A DNA stretch of 64,000 nt from Octopus sinensis (taxonomy: Eukaryota): NCBI RefSeq assembly GCF_006345805.1, contig NC_042998.1:177878001-177942000 (forward strand), read 5' to 3'. Within the stretch, counting starts at the first letter, position 1. The number at the start of each line of letters is the position of its first letter. The notes under the pieces were generated by a model. That model saw only the letters and a program-made list of their open reading frames with translations. It was not told the origin of the DNA and searched no databases. Below are positions 10,446-23,925 of this stretch, one piece after another. The translations under genes were made by a program, and so were the position numbers.

Positions 10446-10964
10446 TTTTTGCTAGAATGGAACCGATATGTCAATTATATATATATATATTCATATATAA
10501 AAAATTAATATAGACAGCATTGTACAAAGTTTTATCAAAAAAGGAAAACTCTAATTGTCACTAAATATGACTAGGGTATTAGAAACACCTACATTGCTAG
10601 AAAAAAGAGCTAAAATGTTCACATATTTAGGCCACCTGATAGTATTGTAGCTGCCTCTCTAGTTGTTAGTTTTAGATTTTTAAACACTTTTAGAGGGAGT
10701 TTTTTTGTCTCTTAATTGCATGAATAATCTCAGTTAATCAAAGATTTTGATCCACTTATTGCATATTTTATTTATTACATACGTGAGGCTCTTCTGCAAT
10801 GGCATTTACATTATTTCTAAAAACAAAAGTTGGGATAGTCAATATGAGAACTCACTTTTTGATAGGACTGTTGGTTTAGAACTGATCTGGGGGTTAAGTA
10901 AATGACAATATCCTGAACACAGTATCAACCTCTGTTAACATCACTTACACTGTGATGACAAAGA

Positions 10965-11500
10965 TGGACCTCCCTCAACCACCTCCACCTGCACCACCAC
11001 CACCACCACCACCACCACCAGGAAAGAAAGGAAAAGGAATAGGGGAGCACTCTCCTCCTCCTCCTCCTCCACCTCCTCCACCACCACCACCACCACCACC
11101 ACCATTTTCATCATCACCAAGACTACCACCATCATTAATATCACCAAGACTACTACCACCACCAGCACCACCATCCTGAAGACCATCATCACTATGACCA
11201 CCACCACCACCATTGTCATCAAAATCACCTGCCCTTTATAAGGAAGACCATCCTCAAAACCATGACCATTGTCGCTACCTCTATCACTGAGACCACAATA
11301 ACCACCATTTACATTACCACCACCACCACCACCACCACCACAACCACCACTCACATCACCAAGACCACCCCACCATCATAACCAAGGCTGCTCCACCAGC
11401 ATCAAATAACCACCACCACCACCACCACTCACATCACCAAGACTACCCCACCATCATAACCGAGGCTTCTCCACCAGCATCAAGATAACCACCATCATCA
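10965..11500. repeat. ACC/CCT-rich low-complexity tract with an internal ~70-bp duplication
   Basis: ccactcacatcaccaagacYaccccaccatcataaccRaggct...ccaccagcatcaa occurs at about 11347 and 11424. Confidence 0.75.
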
Positions 11501-13345
11501 TCACCAAAACCATTACTATAATTCTTGAGAACGCCATCATTATCAGGAAAATAACCAAACAACAACTTCTACACCATAAACTAATGCACAGATAAGATCT
11601 CTGTTTACTATGACCTTCTCTGTGTGTCAAATCTCTCAACTCATCCTAGTTGACAATGTATCATATCATTTGGATTTCCAAGTATTTATTAATTATACGA
11701 CATCAATTCTATATTTCCTGCTATTAATATTTGATTGGTAATCCTTGCCGATATTTGCAGTCTATCCTAAACATTTGTCTGATTAAGTCACTTCTACTGT
11801 TGTGGTTGGGAGAAGTTTTAGAGAAATAAAGAGAGAAAGAGAAAGAGAGATGGAATTTTGGGGTGTGTGAATGGTTATATGTATGTGCATGTGAATGTGT
11901 GTGTGAAATATAATGCATTTTAGTTGTGTGGTGTTGTGTAGCATAAAAGTATTGTGCTAGAGTGTAGATATGTAGGATTGTCATATACAATGTTGTGTTA
12001 TAATATAGTTGTCATTGTTTATCTCCAAGTAGGTCCAGATTGAGTAAAATTTAACGATGATAGGCATTCTATCCAAAACCCAGATCCATCTTATCTTTTT
12101 CTCAGTATTTTCTAATATTTTTTTTAGTTGTTTCAGTCATTTGACCGCCTTAAATCAAGCAACTCAACCTGGGACTTATTCTTTGTAAGCCCAGTACTTA
12201 TTCTATCAGTCTCTTTTGCCGAACTGCTAAGTGATGGGGACATAAACACACCAGTATTGGTTGTTAAGCAATGCTAGGGGGACAAACACAGACACAAAAG
12301 TTAAAAATGATGTGATGTGTTGAAGGAAATTTGGCTGCTATCTCTAGTTCTATCATTAACTCATGTAGTCACGCAGTCGTAGTTGTTACTAAGTAGCCCT
12401 ACTTAACTCTGCTTGAAGAGCCCTAATATGGAGAAGTAGCTGATAAAAAACCCCCAATTAATTGGTATTCTAGCTGCTATCATATCTTCAATGTGGGTAT
12501 ACTGTCTTAATTTAACACTTTAAAATCTTGTGGCCGTTACTTAAAAGGAAAAACAAAAAACAAAAGCAAAAGGCTCTCCACCTCCACTCTGTAGGTAGTT
12601 TGCCGAAAGAGATTTGATAATTGTATTGATCAGACTGGACAGTTATATGAAATGATTAAAGCAGTGTAAAGGAGTTATAATACTTTCATACTTAATTTTT
12701 GATTCGATGCTGCAACTTATTCAAAAGTATCCAACTATTCAAATAATAACTATTTGATTTCTTCTTTTCAAAATATTTGGTTCTTTGATCAAGTACCATA
12801 AGTGGTATTGCTTCACTGACTTCTACTGTTACAGCAAAATTTTGGTCTTTTTCCTTGAATGATATGTGAACTTAATTTTTGAGATTAAAGAGTTTACTAA
12901 AGGAGAGTTCAATTTATGTTCTAGCCCATAGTCTATACATCTTCCTTCTCATTTGACTTTCATTGTTGAAGATGACCAAGACTTAGGTGAAGGACACAGT
13001 TCAAACTCTACTATGTAGTTCAAACTCTGATTCAATCAATCCAAGAATTGCTTCACTAACTCCAACTGCTGTGTCTACTACTGCTCAATAAGTTGAAATA
13101 TTTATTATTTCAAATTCATTTTTTTCTTAAATAATATTTTATAAACTTACTTCTTTGAAATGAGGGTTTGTTTTATGTGAGTTCCATCTGCTTTCTTGGC
13201 CATGTTTTAAGCTTTTTGATATCAACTCACCTGGGACTGCCCCTAGTTCAATAATACAAATTTTCCCTTTTTTAAGTGATCTAAATTAAATCCATCCATC
13301 AAAATTTCATATTAATATATGTTCCAAAAAACTAGCTTAATAATG

Positions 13346-13377
<32 letters not shown>

Positions 13378-13433
13378 GTTACTGCTAATGCTACTGGTGG
13401 AGATGGTAGAAGCAGTGGTAGTGGAGATGCAGG

Positions 13434-13582
13434 AAGAAGAAGAAGAAGAAGAAGAAGAAGAAGAAGAAGAAGAAGAAGAAGAAGAAGAAGAAGAAGAAGA
13501 AGAAGAAGAAGAAGAAGAAGAAGAAGAAGAAGAAGAAGAAGAAGAAGAAGAAGAAGAAGAAGAAGAAGAAGAAGAAGAAGAA
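13434..13582. repeat. (GAA)n pure trinucleotide run, about 49 units
   Basis: Direct reading. Confidence 0.97.
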
Positions 13583-13829
13583 GAGTTATTTTATTAAATT
13601 CTTCATATTTTCAAAATTAATTGAAATAAAGATTCCATGTTTCAGTAGAAATAGGTGAACGAAAGCATTACGAACCTTGGTGCAAATTAGAAATTAAAAG
13701 ATAAAGAAATGGAACTAAATGTTTAATGAAAATTATTTATTTAGTTAATATAGGGAGAAAGAGGGAATTAATCTCAGCCTTAAATGGTACACTAGTTTCT
13801 AGTTAGTGTTATGACTGAACACTCATCTT

Positions 13830-14230
13830 TTACTTGTTTCAGTCATTAGACTGCAGCCGTACTGGGGCACCATGTTGAAGAATTTTTAGTTGAATGAGTT
13901 GAACCCATCACTTTTTGCTTTTTTTTTTTAAAGCTTGTTACTTATTCTATTGGTCTATGTTGCTGAACTGCTAATTTACAGGAGCCATAAACATACCAAT
14001 ACCAGTTGTCAAGCAGAGACACGGGACAAACACAGGCTCAAAGACACACCATCTTATATATATATATGTACAATGGGCTTCTTTTAGTTTCAGTCTACCA
14101 AATCTACTCACAAGGCTTTCGTTAGCCTGATGCTACAGCAGAAGACTCTTGCCCAAGGTGCCACACAGTGGGACTGAACCCGGTACCATGTGGTTGGAAA
14201 GCAAGCCACTTCCCACACTGCCACATCTGC
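13830..14230 (-). mobile_element. tRNA-derived CORE-like SINE, CpG-decayed
   Basis: Reverse complement of the 48517-48980 family. Confidence 0.8.
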
Positions 14231-15071
14231 ATCTATAAGCTGATCCTTTGTTGTTGTTGCTTGATATTCAGTCAGCTGGCTTGCCAAGTATACAATACAA
14301 TGATGGTAATACTAGCAACCATTACATTTCAGTAACAGTAATGCTATTACCATCAGACATACATCCATTATCACGTTTCTGTATTCTATTATCGCTTCAC
14401 CACAGATACCAATACAACCATCACAGGGACTATAGTTATCATTATTGTACTACAACTAGGACTGCTCAACTACAGCTGCCACCACAGCCGTTAGTCTCCT
14501 ACACAATCACCAGCCATCCAAGAATTTGGATCTGGAGATCTCCATTTCCAGCGACTTCGAGGGCCACCTCCCAGTGGTGTCGGGCATCAACGAAGAGCCC
14601 TCAACTATAACAAGAAAACCAAAGTTTTTTTTTCCAAGGTCTGGGGTCTTCCGCTCCTAAGCCCTAGATCATCAGCTAATCACCCTTACCTGTATTGTTG
14701 CTTAACAACAACAACAACAACACAATCAGCACTATAGATCAGAGATCACAGAAGTAAGTAGAAGGTTCAATACCGCATCTAAGTCACACTGATATGAACT
14801 CAGTTCTCTATAAGCTGTAAGATCAACTCCTTGTCCACACAGATATCGCAGTACTTCAGCTGTGCAGTGCATATTGTAATATACTTGTTTGATATTCAAT
14901 GATGCAGGAGAGTTGAAAGATTATTGATAGAAGATGGCAGGAAGCATATTTTCTCAGGTTATATACTTTAAAGAATTGCTGCAAAAAAAGGGGGATGAAA
15001 GAATGGTAGGAAAAAAAAAGAAAGAAAGAAAAACCAAGAGAAAAGCAAAGATAGAAGAATGAAAAGCAAAT

Positions 15072-15129
<58 letters not shown>

Positions 15130-15244
15130 TTGAGGGAAATGGCTGACTGAGTCAAGAGTGTTGGCTTGTGAGCAATAACAAGGTCTTCAGTGGTCTCTTT
15201 CCAAAGATGAATAGTAGGACTCAGACCACAGCTTATATATATAC

Positions 15245-15329
<85 letters not shown>

Positions 15330-15924
15330 TGTTTATTGTATTCCTAGTGTGACTGTTGCAATGTATGAATTAAATCAGAGAAAGGAAAGAAAGGAAGAGG
15401 AATAGGGAAACGCTCTTTCTCCTCACCAATCTTCTTCTTCTTCTTCTTCTTCTTCTTCTTCTTTTTCTTCTTCTTCTTCTTCTACTTCTTCCTCCTCCTC
15501 TTCCACCTCCTCCTCCTCTTCCTCCTCCTCATTTCCCCCTCCTTCCACTTCCTGCTTCATGCCTCCTACCTCCTCCTCTTTCTTCGCCTCCTTCTCTTTT
15601 ACCTAACCAAAACAAAATTGTAAAGCCACAAAAAAAAAAAAAAAAAACAAAAACAAAACAAAAAACAAACAAAAAGCAAAACCTAAATGAAAACCACAAA
15701 AGGCAGCCAAACAAAACCCATTAACCAAACCTCTGAAAGTGAATGATCTTGTAAGACAGTCATTGTGTCAATGATTGAGGGAAGGTTGTAGAAAGATTAA
15801 CATCAATAAAGATCACAGTGAAATGGAGGAATAATAAATTAGCTAACCAGAATGGTAAATTTGGATAAGTGCCTTTTCTAAAAATATCATATTGCTTTAG
15901 CCATTGCGTACACATGCACAACCA

Positions 15925-15963
<39 letters not shown>

Positions 15964-16409
15964 TCTCACACATACACATATGTACACATACACACATGCA
16001 CAAATGCATGCACACACATGCTCATATACACATATGCAAACACACACATGCATGCACACATGCATGCACACAGACACACACACGTGCACACACACATATG
16101 CACACACTCACATACATGTACACACATGCACATGCATGCACACACATGCACACACAAACACATGCACTCACCTGCACACACACACACGCACACACACACA
16201 CACATACACGCACACATGTACACACACACACATTGACACAAATATAAACATATCTGTATTTCCAAATATACACATGAACATGTAATCAAACAGAAACACA
16301 CACACACATACACACACACGTGCACACACACACATACATGCACACACTCAGAAATACACATATACATAGCAGTACACACAAACATACATAGATATATTAT
16401 AAATATACC

Positions 16410-16790
16410 ATCATCATCATCATCATCATCGTTTAACGTCCATTTTCCATGCTAGCATGGGTTGGACGGTTTGACCGGGGTCTGGGAAGCCAGGAGGCTG
16501 CACCAGGCTCCAGTCTGATCTGGCAGAGTTTCTACAGCTGGATGCCCTTCCTAACACCAACTACTCCATGTGTGTAGTGGACGATTTTTATGTGCCACCG
16601 GCACAGGGGCCAGGGGAGGCTCGAAACGGCCACGATCAGTTGGTGCTTTTTACATGCCACTGGCACAGAAGCCAGTCAAGGCGGTGCTGGCATCGGTCAC
16701 GTTCAGATGGTGCTTTTTATGTGCCACCGGCATAGGTATCACAACTATAATTTCCATTTGATTTTTATTTTGATGTTGATCCTTTATCTT
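16410..16790 (-). mobile_element. RTE-type 3' tail with ~50-bp subrepeats
   Basis: catcatcatcgtttaacgtccattttccatgctagcatggg... and atgtgccaccggcac subrepeats as at 28528-28880. Confidence 0.8.
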
Positions 16791-17752
16791 TTACTTGTTT
16801 CAATCACTGGACTGCAGCCATGCTGTGGGACTGCTTTGAATGGTTTGCTTGACCAAATTGATCTTAGTACTTAACTTTTTAAAGTCTAATACTTATTCTA
16901 TTGGTCTCTTTCACTGAACTGCTAAGTTACAAGTATTTAAACAAATCAACACCAGATGTTAAATGGTGGTGGAAGACACATATAACACAAACACAACACC
17001 ATCATCATCATCATCATATGTGTGTACCTAAGCCAAGTGAAATTATATGCTATGCTTGAGAAGATCTGTGAAGCCAAGTGAGATCATAGTTGTGGCCAAT
17101 ACTAGTGTTACGTAACTGGCATGTATAAAGCACTCACTACACTCTTGGAGTGGTTGGCATTAGGAAGGGAATCCAGCCATAGAAACTATGCCAAATCAGA
17201 TGCAGCTCCACAGCTTACAAGTTTTCAAACTGACCAACCCATGCCAGCATGGAAAACAGACGTTAAATGATGATGATGATTGAAGATGATGATTATGATA
17301 TATATTAACATACACAAAGCAGTAAGCTGGCAGAATTGTTAGCACATTGAACGAAATGCTTAGCGGTATTTTGTCTGCCTTTACATTCTGAGTTCAAACT
17401 CCACTGAGGTTGACTTCGTGTTTCATCTCTTTGGGCTTAAGTAAATAAGTACCAGTTATGCACTGGAGTCGATGTAATCGACTTGAACCCTTTGTCTTTC
17501 CTTGTTTGTCCCCTCTATGTTTAGCCTCATGTGGGCAATAAAGAAATAGATATATATTAACATACATATATATGTGTATATATATATATGTATGTATATG
17601 ATGGATCTCCCTCAGTTTCCATCAACCAAATACACTCACAAGGCATTGGTCAACCTGGCACTATAGTAAAAGACATTTGCCCTAGGTACCATACAGTGTG
17701 ATTGAATCCAAGTGGATTTTGTTGACAGAAATGAAAGCCCATTGTATGTGTA

Positions 17753-17790
<38 letters not shown>

Positions 17791-17841
17791 GTGTGTGTGT
17801 GTGTGTGTGTGTTGTGTGTGTGTGTGTGGATGTGTGTGTGT

Positions 17842-20260
17842 AGTCATGTTTCCTTTCTCAGTCACTGCCTTCACCACCACCTCATCCCCAAAGGCTTCTG
17901 CCTCCATTTCCACCTCACTATCCACTCTGCTTCTGCCATCCTGCGCATACTCTGTACTACTTCCTAGTGCCTTTTGCATGCTGCCATTCATTCTGATCTC
18001 TCCAAAATACACACCCTTGACTGCCTTCTCCCTCTTGCTTATTCCACCTTTTTCTCCTGACTTTCACCTTCTGTTGCACATTCCATTCTACACTTCATAC
18101 TCCATTTAAATCATCTTTTTCACAAGTTCCTTGCTTGCACTAAACAACATAAACTCCACTCACTCCATTCTGTCTCACCCATAGCCACAACACTCCATCT
18201 GCATCTAATGAAGAGGACTGCTTCACTGACCTGGGTTGCCAACCATCCCACTGGATGCCAGCTCCTGGCCAGTTCCAAGCTAATGTGTTGTGGACTGCTA
18301 ATGTGTTGTGGACTGGTTCAACTAATGTGTTGTGGACTGGTTCAACTTTCACAGGCATCCCCAATATTTTATCATCTCCCCAGCCAAACTCTCAGTCCTT
18401 TGATGTCTCCAATGCCACAAAGACATCATCATAAAACCAATCAACAAGGATGGAACCATGGTGGTGTGGCACACAGACCTCTACAAGGCTGAAGCTCTCC
18501 ACCAACTTCAAGACTCTTCTATTGCTCTCCAACCCCATACCTAACTACCAACAGACTGTGTACTCCACTATCCATGACCTCATCTCCTCCTCACATCTCC
18601 GTCCCACTGCCTCCAGCCTCACTCACCACACTCCATGCACCCCTCCATTTACTTCCTTCCCCAAATCCGCAAGCCCAACGACCCTGGCTGTCCCATCGTC
18701 TCTGCCTGTAACTGCCCCACGGAATTGATCTCTAAATACTGTGCCTCTGCCCCCTCGTGGCTTCCCTTCAATCCCACATCCATGACACTAACCATGCTCT
18801 CTATCTCTTTAACTCTTTCTCCTTCCTTTCTGGCCCCTCTAAACTTCTCTTCACTCTTGATATCAAGCATTTGCATACAGTGATCCCAAACAACAAAGGA
18901 CTTAAACACTTTCTGGACTTTCGGCCCAACCCCCAACCTGACACCTCCACACTCCTTCGTCTGGCTGAACTTGTTCTCGCCTTCAACTGCTTCTCATTTG
19001 CAGGTGATTTTTACTAACAAGTCTTGGGAGTGGCCATGGGAATGAGAATAGGCTCCAAGGCCCAAATACTCTCATGATTCACTGGTCCCACTCCCGAACT
19101 ATATGGTTGTTATATTGATGACTGTATCGGTGTGACCTCACTCTCCTGCAAACAACTAGACTACTTCCTCTCTTTTGTCTAATCCTTCCATCCTGCCCTC
19201 GAATTCTTCTGCACTCTTTCCAACATTTTCATCACATTTCTTGACATTTCTGTCAGCATACACCACTCCACTCTCATTAACTTCACCTACTACAAACACA
19301 CTGACTCACACTCCTACCTTAACCTCTCATCCCCCCACCCTTCCCACACCAAGCTCTTCATCCCCTACTTCCAATTCTTCTATCTGTGTAGGCTCTGCAG
19401 TGACAACCATGACTTTGAGACTCAATCTCAACTCATGGCTTGCCACTTCACCCTTCATGGATATTCCCTCACCACTCTCTACACAGACTTTGTCAGGACA
19501 TGTTCCATGGATTGTGCCTCTGCTCTCTCTCCCTGCACCTGCCCTGCTGTTGCCCACCTCCTGTTTCTCCTCATCTCCCACCCCTCCAACACACCATTCT
19601 CTGGGCCTTCTGGTGGTTCCAGTCGGACCCCTCCACCTTGCACATCTTCCTCAACCTACCCCTTCCCCTTCAAACAAGCTCACAAACTGCATGACTTCCT
19701 GGTCCACAGTTTTTTCCCTAACCTTACCTCCCAGCCTGGTTCATTCCCCTGCTCTCGCCCACACTGCCATACTTGCCCCTACCTCTCCAACACCCCCATC
19801 CTCACAGGCATCCATCATCGTCCCTCTCATATTACCGACTCCTTTACCTGCACTTCTAGCAAGGTCATTTACTGCATCTTCTGCTCTTTCTGCCTTTCTC
19901 TGTACATCAGTTAAATGGGACGCAGCTTGGCTGACTGGTCCATGGAGCACCTCCAAGGCATCAGACTTGGCAATGACACCTCGGTCTCAAGCCATTTCTG
20001 CTCTACCGGTCATTCACTACAATAACTGTCTGTGTTTGGACTGTCTTTGCACAGGGGCCGTCTGGACTCCTGCTTTCGCCAGGAACAGGAATTAATCTTC
20101 TCTTCACTCCTTTGCGCTACATGGGCTCAACTACCCTCCTCTTTTCATCTGACTCCCCTCCTCTCATCACTTCATCTGACACCTACTTCCTTTCTTCACT
20201 CCTACCACCCTCTCTCTTCATTGACACCTATGATAGTTGAGGGATTACTGTATACATATA
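17842..20260 (+). mobile_element. Penelope-like retroelement (RT plus GIY-YIG), near full-length, decayed
   Basis: Frames give FLPQIRKPNDPGCPIVSACNCPTELISKY, LFTLDIKHLHTVIP, GVAMG, YIDD (19111-19122), HPSHTK, PCSRPHCHTC and VIYCIFCSFCLSLYI-x-x-GRSL. Multiple stops and frameshifts. Starts directly after a (GT)n tract. Confidence 0.9.
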
Positions 20261-21689
20261 ATTCTTTTTTATTATTCAACCATGGTAGTGGTTGAATATA
20301 TTCCTAAGTCCACCATTTCGTCAATCGCAGCAGCTTCCAAGCTTCACCACTAATTCAGTTCTCAGCTAAATTGCTAACAGTTTTAAAGAGGATACCTCCT
20401 CAACTATTTGGCATAAATAGTTTGAGATTTGGTTCAGTAGAAAAAAGTTACATCGACATATCTGTGACCTCAAGAGGGGCAGTAAGGCACCTATTCACCT
20501 TTAATTAACATAAACTTTTTAATTTCAAATTAAAAGTATTCCTTTTTTAGGCTTAAATGATAGAAAAATGCATGAGGAATTCAGAATCACTAGTTGCATT
20601 GAACAAAATTTTGTACAAAAAGAGATAAAATGTTACGAAATTTCCTGTCAGTAAGTAAGAGAGAAAGGGAGTAACACTTCAGCTATAAGAATAAAGAATA
20701 TATTTCTAAAATCTATGTTCACATTCTAAGGTGGTGAGCTGGCAGAAACGTTAGCATGCTTAACTGTATTTCATCTGTCAGTATAATTTTAAGTTCAAAT
20801 TTTGCTGAGGTCAACTCTGACGTACAGATTATATCATTTATTTTTTTTTAACTAAACACTTTCAAACTTCCAATACTGGTAGAACATGTCACATAGAACA
20901 GGGTTTACTCTTAACGTTTTTGAAAAAAAATTGTATTTTAGAAGTAGTATTTCGTCTGTCTTTACATTCTGAGTTCAAATTCCGTTGAGGTTGACTTTGC
21001 CTTTCATCCATTTCGGATCTATTCAATACGACGTACATATTATTCAATTAATTTTTTTTTAACTAAACACTTTCAAACTTCTGATACAGATAGAATGTGT
21101 CACATAGAACAGGGTTTACTCTTAACGTTTTGAACAAAATTTTGTATTTTAGAAGTTATTTCGTCAGAAGTTACCGAGTGACAATGGACAAATTCATGTT
21201 TAGGCAATCTTTAATAAGTGCCAATACACGAAACTCTCAGCTTTTGACTTACTCTCTAACTTCTACTGATGATATATATACATATTACATTACATATATG
21301 CATAAAAAAACCTCATCACACAATTGAACCAATGAAAGAGCCTCTACCTGGTCGCTCGACACGCTAAAAATAGCATCCAAAGTATCCCCCTGCCTAAATC
21401 ACACGTCCTTTGTATGTAATGTCCCAGATAATCCCTAAAAAAAAACGGTTTGCTGAAAGCTGGAATGTCTTTGATGATAGGTTTGAAGTATCAGGGTTGA
21501 TTTGAGGCTAAATAACAACATTATGGTCATTCTTTGCTGCAATATTTTAAGTAAAAAGTTTTTTATTCTTTACTTTACTAGAAGTAATAGCTTGTTCTAA
21601 ACTTTTACAGGTGTAATAACTTGTCCTGTACTTTTCCGGGTTTATAATCTTAAGAATATTACTTTTCCTGCTCGCATGTATGTATGTAT

Positions 21690-21905
21690 TTCACTACTGC
21701 CCACAAGGGGCTAAACACAGAGGGGACAAACGGATTAAGTCGATTACATCGACCCCAGGGCGTAACTGGTACTTAATTTATCGACCCCGAAAGGATGAAA
21801 GGCAAAGTCGACCTCGGCGGAATTTGAACTCAGAATGTAACAGCAGACGAAATACGGCTACGCATTTCGCCCGGCGTGCTAACGAGTCTGCCAGCTCGCC
21901 GCCTT
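21690..21905 (-). mobile_element. tRNA-derived SINE (second family), young copy
   Basis: Reverse complement of aaggcggcgagctggcaga...gagttcaaattccgccgaggtcgactttgcctttcatcctttcggggtcgataaattaagtaccag. Other copies at 53530-53750 and 55135-55368. Confidence 0.85.
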
Positions 21906-22206
21906 GCATGTATATATGTATGTGTGTGTGTGTGCACGCGCGTGCATGCGTGCGTGCGTGTGTGTATGTGTGTGTGTGTGCGCACGTGTGTGTGTGTGTG
22001 TTCACCCTTGTCTTGACATCACATGATTCATAAGACGATGTTGCTCATTCTGAGTCTTGCATGGAAAACATGTCAGTCCATGAGGAAATATTACCTTAGT
22101 TGGAATAGATGAGGGATCATGACAGGAAGTGCATGTGACTGTAGAAAATCTGCCTCAACAGATTCCGTCCAACTCATGCAAGCATGGAAAAGTGGACATT
22201 AAGTAA

Positions 22207-22238
<32 letters not shown>

Positions 22239-22533
22239 ATGGTACCTATTTACAGGTTCTTATGCTGGATCATTATGTGTTAAGTTGCTTTGCAACAGTC
22301 ACAGTGCCATGTCAATTATAGGATAAAACCTGTTGACCTTTTGGCTGGTGGGTCAAAAATCTTAACCACTTGACCAGCTAAAATTCTTCCTTCTCCCCTG
22401 AAAAATTTAAGTATCATTCTCACTTGATACTTGAGTAGTTTACTTTTATAGTTTTTGTTAATAATGTGTGATGGTGGCAGTGGTGGTGGTGGTGGTGGCG
22501 GTGGCGATGGTGGTGGTGGTGGTGGTGGTAGTG

Positions 22534-22576
<43 letters not shown>

Positions 22577-23209
22577 AAGCAGCAATGATTACATGTTTAA
22601 CAGTAGAAACCTCTCTCGTGAGCAGCTGCCCTTCATGTTGCTACAGCAGACTTCACCAAGTCGTTATTACGTTTACTAAACCAGCCACAATATATCCATT
22701 TTTTTTCTTTTTATTATTGTTATGATTTATGCATAAAAGTTATGCTATTAAATTTAGGTGTCACTTATTTCTCACTTCAAATTTTGCTGCATTCAGTTTT
22801 GTCTTTTATTGTGTGTGGTGGTCAGGGTGGTGGGTGATCAATAAAATGTGTTCCTCTATTATAATGAAATCAGCCCTTTATCCTTCCGTTTCAACAAAAA
22901 TAGTCTTATGTCTGAGCAAGAAATCCTTGTCAATTAGATAATAATGCTCAAATCAAACCAACTCACAGGCATTGCTTATCTGGGATTTACATCTTTACTG
23001 TTCCTTTATTCTTTTATTATTTTTTTTTTACTTGTTTTAACCAATGAACTGTGGCCATGCTGGGACACCACCTTGAAGGGTTCATGCCAAATGGATGCTC
23101 CTATAAATTCTAAAATAAAATTTAGGATTTTCGGAGGGTCAAAGTTGGGAACAAAAACATGACAATGGAGACATACAAGGAAACTGAACATACACACACA
23201 CACATCTTT

Positions 23210-23540
23210 TATCTTTTACTTGTTTCAGTCATTAGACTGAGGCCATGCTGGGGCACCACCTTGAAGAATTTTTGTCAAATGTATCAACCCAAGTACTTAT
23301 TTCTAAAATCCTGTTACTTATTCTATTGGTCTCTTTTGCTGAAGTGCTAATTATGGGGATGTAAACACACCAGAACCAGCACCAACTGTTAAGTGGTGGC
23401 AGGAGAACAAACACAGATACAAAGACACACACATATAGATATATACATACATATATATATATGTATATATAAGTATGTATGTATGTATGTAGTATGTATG
23501 TATGTATGTATGTATGTATGTATGTATGTATGTATGTATG

Positions 23541-23572
<32 letters not shown>

Positions 23573-23597
23573 TGTATATATGTGTGTATATATATAT

Positions 23598-23632
<35 letters not shown>

Positions 23633-23653
23633 AGAGATACACACACACACACA

Positions 23654-23731
<78 letters not shown>

Positions 23732-23925
23732 GTATATATAAACATATACACATACATATATTCGATGGGTTTCTTTCAGTTTCTGTTTCCCAAATCCACT
23801 CACAAGCCTTTGGTCAGCCTGAGGCTATAGCAGAAGACACTTGCTCAAGGTATTACACAGTGGGACTGAACCTGGAATCATGTGGCTGGGAAGCAAGCTT
23901 TGTACCACGCAGCCATGCCTGTGTT
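23210..23925 (-). mobile_element. CORE-like SINE with a large internal microsatellite expansion
   Basis: SINE tail at 23210-23420 and head at 23765-23925 flank (TATG)n/(GA)n/(TA)n. Confidence 0.75.

Noticed and set aside
10952-11179. Polyproline ORF (PPPPGKKGKG...PPPP) resembling a formin FH1 or WASP segment
   Set aside because: It lies in an ACC-rich low-complexity tract, has stops in all frames nearby and no usable plus-strand donor. No neighbouring FH2 or other domain exons were seen.
13319-13597. Poly-Glu ORF
   Set aside because: Translation of a pure (GAA)n microsatellite.
14248-14660. 120-aa ORF and a protein-like alternative frame (SKNLDLEISISSDFEGHLPVVSG)
   Set aside because: No recognisable domain or consistent splice sites. 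Possibly an unrecognised repeat fragment.
14620-14690. Minus-strand CUGAUGA followed by a possible helix and later GGAAA
   Set aside because: The helix is not adjacent to GAAA, and stems I and III do not close.
19175-20095. 306-aa Ser/Pro/Thr-rich ORF as a host gene
   Set aside because: An alternative frame of the C-rich Penelope-like element; the RT and GIY-YIG motifs are in other frames.
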